Shown here one piece after another: positions 59,113-64,000 of a stretch of 64,000 nucleotides of DNA. The DNA comes from Octopus vulgaris (Eukaryota): NCBI GenBank assembly GCA_951406725.2, contig OX597831.1, positions 46,128,001-46,192,000 of the forward strand. The letters are read 5' to 3'. How positions within the stretch are numbered: the first letter of the stretch is position 1; each line of letters begins with the position of its first letter. The position numbers and the translations under genes were made by a program. The notes beneath the pieces are model-generated. The model was given only the letters and a program-made list of their open reading frames with translations. It did no database searches and was not told the origin of the DNA.

Positions 59113-59951
59113 TATGTATAGGATGGCAATCTGTTACCGACTAACCTGGGAACGGAAAATCAAATTGTAGGCTGGTTATTATGGAGGTCGTTGCACTTTG
59201 ATTATCATAGAACATATAAGTTTGCAAGCGATGTAAAGTAGAGCTTCTGTAGTGGTTCGGGAGTAGCTTACGGATAATGACTACAAAATATACAAGATAG
59301 CAGATATTTTGCAAAATGTATTTCATGGACTAATCCATGCTCACTACCTGTGAAAGCATAATAAATTATAAGACACACAAGTACACTATACTACCAAATG
59401 CGGTGTGTGTTACATGTTGCATTCGATAGTATATGCTTCTATATTTCTGTCATTTTATATCTCAGATTGTGTAATTATTCTTGTATAATGCATTCAATCA
59501 ATATTGAAAGCTAATTACCCCAACATAGCAAAACCAACTCAAGGGAAATAAGATCGAAAGAAATCATTAAATGTGATGATGCCCTTATGTGTGTATCTAC
59601 TAATTTTGAAGTCTCATATGTGTAAGCACATACAATTCCATCCAAAATGGACGCGATTACCTGTATACTAAAAGGCAGAGCTTGAAAAATCGCATTTGAG
59701 AAGATACTATTGAAACAATGTTACTTCACAAATAAATTATATATACGTATATTCAGACACAAAGTACTCACTAAAGAGTTTTTAATTAGTTCAGTGTAGT
59801 TACATACTCTGAACGTTTTATTTATTTTAATATAACGCTTAAATGTTTAGGTAAAATTATTTTACATGGTGAATATTTTAAACTGGGAAGAACTTGCCGT
59901 GTTCATTTCAGGTGATATGTTTCATTTGCGAAAAGATATAAGGTGACGAAT

Positions 59952-61025
59952 TCATTGAGTTTCGATATTTTGTTTTTTACATAATTTCAAAATGTTGTAA
60001 AATAAAGCAATTATTTCCATACGAAACTGCCGATTGAAAACTCCGTAAATACACGGATTAAGAGCAGAGCTGATATAAAAAGAATAAACTAAGAATTTGT
60101 GAATTACATGTTCTTTATCACTTGCAACGTCTTTAAAATCTTTAACAAACAACCACCAGAATACTCCAATGAAATGTGGTATGTAACCGATTATCCAGAC
60201 CAAGGTGATAACAAATAATATTAAATTAGACCGAGCTGGTGGTCTTTTACGACGCGCAAAAGAGGTCAAATTACTATCTATAGACTGACCTGAAGGAGGT
60301 TTGGAAGTGTAACGAATTGTGGTTTCACGAAACTGGTTTGCTCTTTTTTTCTTAATTTTGTAAATTTTCCAAATGCGCATTCCAATTAATAAGTATATAA
60401 TCAAAAGAATCATAAACAAACAAGAGCAAATGGATATCAGAGTAGTATAATAGACTAAAGAATATATTGTGCCATTTATATAAGGAAAAAGTGCACACAC
60501 TTCTCCAATATTTCCACATTGTTCCACCATTTTGTTTTGTCTGCCGTATACAAAATATGATGGTGTAGACAAAATAAACGCCAAGATTGTTAAAAATGCT
60601 AGAATTTTTTTTGAATTCTCAACGGAAATATTTTGCCTAAGAGGTCGACATATGAGAATGTATCTATCGACAGCTATAAGAAACACAATGAAAGCTGAAT
60701 TAATTACTGCTACAGCTACCACACCACGTATCACACGACATGCAGCATCATTGTGAAATGTGTAGGAAAAATGTAGAACTACAATGTCCATAGGTATACA
60801 TATTGTGCAAGTTAGAAAATCACACACCGCGAGTGCTACAATGAACATATGCGTGGCTGTTTCATTAAATTTATAATAGTATATGTATGATACAAAGCAA
60901 TTTCCAATTGCTCCAATTACCATTAAAATTCCGAGAAACATTATCACTGGAAAATAAACATCCACCATTCTAGTATTTAGTTCTACTGAAATACTAGCAC
61001 AAATGTCACTATTGTTTTGGTCCAT
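59952..61025 (-). CDS. Class A GPCR, paralogue 3 (357 aa, single coding exon)
   Basis: Seven TM segments; GN, LAVCD (D2.50), DRY, YIP, NPCIY; same termini as copy 2 (NNSDICAS and CKKQNIETQ). Confidence 0.95.
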   Translation of the reverse strand: MDQNNSDICASISVELNTRMVDVYFPVIMFLGILMVIGAIGNCFVSYIYYYKFNETATHMFIVALAVCDFLTCTICIPMDIVVLHFSYTFHNDAACRVIRGVVAVAVINSAFIVFLIAVDRYILICRPLRQNISVENSKKILAFLTILAFILSTPSYFVYGRQNKMVEQCGNIGEVCALFPYINGTIYSLVYYTTLISICSCLFMILLIIYLLIGMRIWKIYKIKKKRANQFRETTIRYTSKPPSGQSIDSNLTSFARRKRPPARSNLILFVITLVWIIGYIPHFIGVFWWLFVKDFKDVASDKEHVIHKFLVYSFYISSALNPCIYGVFNRQFRMEIIALFYNILKLCKKQNIETQ

Positions 61026-61279
61026 TTTCTTAATATTGTTTGAAACTTTGAGGACAGTGTCCTGATTTGCAATGGTATTCCTCGTAATTCCTGGAACGAA
61101 AAAAATGCTGGTTTGTAACTATTTAATTTTCCATAAACTCTGAAATATGCTTTACATCGAGAGTTAAGTAAACAAAGACGTGTACAAATACACATGATAT
61201 TTATGAACGAATATTTGTGGATATACAGTGAAATTGTTAAATATTAAGCGTTCATCACAATTATCAATAAATAGGATAC

Positions 61280-61355
<76 letters not shown>

Positions 61356-62139
61356 CGTGCAGGACTTGTTAAGTGTTCGACATCAATCATATATTGGGAA
61401 GAGTAGTAAATGAACCATATAAGTATGTGCTTGTGTGTATGTGTGTGTTCGTTTTTAACGGTTGAATCCGAAGTAGATGAAGCTGTAAATAATAGTATAT
61501 AGATATTAGGTTAAAAATACCATTTGGGAGGAAGAAGTATTGCAAAAGATGATATAGGTTCTGCCATTGAACCAAAGTAATATTTTCTAAACTTTGTTCT
61601 TACCAGCGAGAACTGCATGTTTTTGACATCATAAAATTTTTGAAATTTTAAGATAATGTGAAATAATTCGTTTTTTACATTTGAAGTGGAAGTAGATAAA
61701 GTTATAAATAATAGCGTCTAAATATTGACTTAAGGAACACTGGGTAGAAAAAGCCGAAAGTATGTATGTATGCATGTATGTATGCCATTATTCAGTTTCA
61801 TTTCACGATTCCTTTCCATTAGAGAAAGAGCCGGTTTGTAACCTAGATTCATGATTCCTTGATTTAGATTTCAACATCAAGCTATTTTTGTATGTATGTA
61901 TCTATACGTGCATATTTGTATACGTGCATATTATGTATGTATGTATGTATGTATGTATGTATGTATGTATGTATGTATGTATGTATGTACGTACGTACGT
62001 ACGTACGTACGTATGTATGTATGTATGTATGTATGTATGTATGTATGTTTGTATGTATGTATGTGTGAGTGTATGTTTCTATGTATGTATGTATGTATGT
62101 ATGTATGTATGTATGTATGTATGTATGTATGTATGTATG

Positions 62140-62615
62140 TATTATGAAAACCATTTTATTTGACATCAAGGAATTGATTGTTTTCCAAGAAGAAAGTTAC
62201 GTTTGATTCCACTGGCTTCTCGAATTTTTTAACAATACGAGTGTTCAGTAGATTAGGCGGTAATTCACCGTGAGCAACTTATTTCCCTCTTCATAATAGC
62301 CGGAACTGTCAAACACAGCTCCTCCATCACGTTGATGGCTTTCTAAAAGCTCTAGGAAAGGGCTACAGTACAGATGTTATTTATTTTGATTTCAGTCAAG
62401 TTTTTCACAAAGTCTACCACAGAATTCCGCTGAAGAAATTATCCACATTTAGAGTCCGTGGTAAGCTACAGCAGTGGATGAAATATTTTCTAACAAATAG
62501 GACTCGATATTTTGTGGCTCATGCAATTTAAACAAGAGTAATAATTAGTGGTGTTCCCCAGGGTATTATGTTAGGCCCACTTCCGTTTAATGTTTACATA
62601 AACAACTTGAAAATG
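62140..62615. mobile_element. CR1-type RT relic with an inverted 5' segment (equivalent of 32590-33050)
   Basis: Same junction, tccctct|ttcataatagccggaactg. Confidence 0.7.
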
Positions 62616-63602
62616 CAAGCAAGCAAAAGTAAAGAAACTCGGCTGACACAGTGGGACAGAAAACGTTCAGGAATAAGGCCTGGATCCAGTGAATTCCCCC
62701 AGAGATTGCCAGGAGAAGACGCAAATTGATTCTTGCACAGTTTCAGGATAATAATTGAGAGAAATCTGTCGGGTTAAATTGAGTTTAATTTTATTAAAGC
62801 CACAAGCAATACGTCACTTGAGATAACGTAATACTTTTCTCTAAAGAGAGTCTGTGAGAGAATGATGGAATGTTACGGGCATATAATAATAGAATATACA
62901 TAAACGCATAGTTTAACTAACCTAGTAAAAATATATAGAAACGAGGTTTATCCTTCAGAGAATATACCGAAACATTTTCATATAATAACAGAAATATATA
63001 TAAACGAAGAATTTAACTAACCTTGTAAAAATATATAATCGATGTCTACGCTACAGAGAATATACTGAAAAATGTAGGGGAAATCAAAATGATGTTGAAA
63101 TTATTTGCAACTGTAATATATTTTCACGAGAGAGAACGCTATTACTCTAGAAACGGCTATTATTCTGTCCGCATGCACTAAGGACGTTCTCTGTTTTCCT
63201 CGATTTCTAAACTATCAAGTTTCTGTAAAGAAGAAAAACAAAACATTCCATAAATTACATCCAGATGGTAAATAATTTCATTTTTAATTTTAATGAATGT
63301 CTCTCTTCGTAATTCATCCGATTAATAAGTTGCAGATTATATGATGCTGAATTTTTCGAAAACAAATGAAATAGCACTCTACATGATTAATATGTACTAG
63401 AAATTATAAAAGCATCGTAACAGATTAAAACAGATTGAATATAAGAATTTTAAGCATATTCTTTTTTGTCGTCCCTAATTTCATATTCAAATTTCTAGTC
63501 CCGCCTCGTGTTGTGAGGGAATAGTTATTTTCCTTGTTCTAACGACTACTGCCAGAGGGAACAACATGTATTTTATCAAATGTCTGCCCTTGTGATTTAT
63601 TG

Positions 63603-64000
63603 ATCGTTCTACTGTGTGTAAGAGTGCTTGTATTTGTGAATCATTTTTTGAGAAGAGTTTCAAGCCATTCATATAAAGTAGATGATTAACTGTTTTTCCA
63701 CTCACGTTGTAACCATACTATCTTTCATTTAGGAGTTTACTTAGAGGAAAAATAGTGCTAAGCAGAATAACAAAGGAGGTAAGAGACTCCTTGAAAGATT
63801 CCACGTTTAATGTTGAGTCTACATATGTATTTGTAGAGACAGTGTTGAGAATTAATGTCGTTTCGACAGAGCTCCATGGCATGGGATACAAAAACCCTGA
63901 TTAATGGTGAAATTTTGAATATCTCAAAGCGTCATTTTTATTTAGCTGTGAGGAAGACTATCAAAATTCTTTTGTACTCTATCCATGCCACTGAGAGATG
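63603..64000 (-). mobile_element. R4/Dong relic (equivalent of 13300-13700), 3'-truncated by deletion
   Basis: VNHLLYMNGLKLFSKND..LLHTVER, then an abrupt junction. Confidence 0.8.

Noticed and set aside
60532-60756. Plus-strand ORFs antisense to the GPCRs (also 283-477) and antisense to LINE ORFs
   Set aside because: Shadow frames of real coding sequence.

Overview
AT-rich, microsatellite-dense eukaryotic (animal) DNA; the SINE and LINE repertoire resembles cephalopod, probably octopus, sequence (inferred from recalled repeats, not from a search). The window holds about 2.1 copies of a ~30 kb tandem segmental duplication: unit A ~1-30.5 kb, unit B ~30.5-59.9 kb, and the start of unit C. Each unit carries one class A (rhodopsin-like) GPCR whose coding sequence is a single exon on the minus strand (1-779 partial, 30543-31619, 59952-61025). 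Copies 2 and 3 differ far more in protein than in their immediate flanks, the three paralogues look mosaic, and copy 2 lacks the conserved TM2 Asp (D2.50). The units differ by unit-specific insertions: a near full-length Tx1-clade LINE and R4/Dong-type LINEs in (AAT)n tracts, two CR1-type LINEs in (TA)n tracts, a MITE, Helitron pieces and SINEs. The most notable non-coding signal is a complete type I hammerhead ribozyme (25561-25620, minus) inside a 464-bp-period partial tandem repeat resembling a retrozyme or Penelope pLTR. A second hammerhead with a compensatory U3-A8 core lies at ~55.5 kb, and weaker relics occur in other TA-flanked islands. Most short ORFs in the track are microsatellite translations. 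Element boundaries were placed by eye and are approximate.
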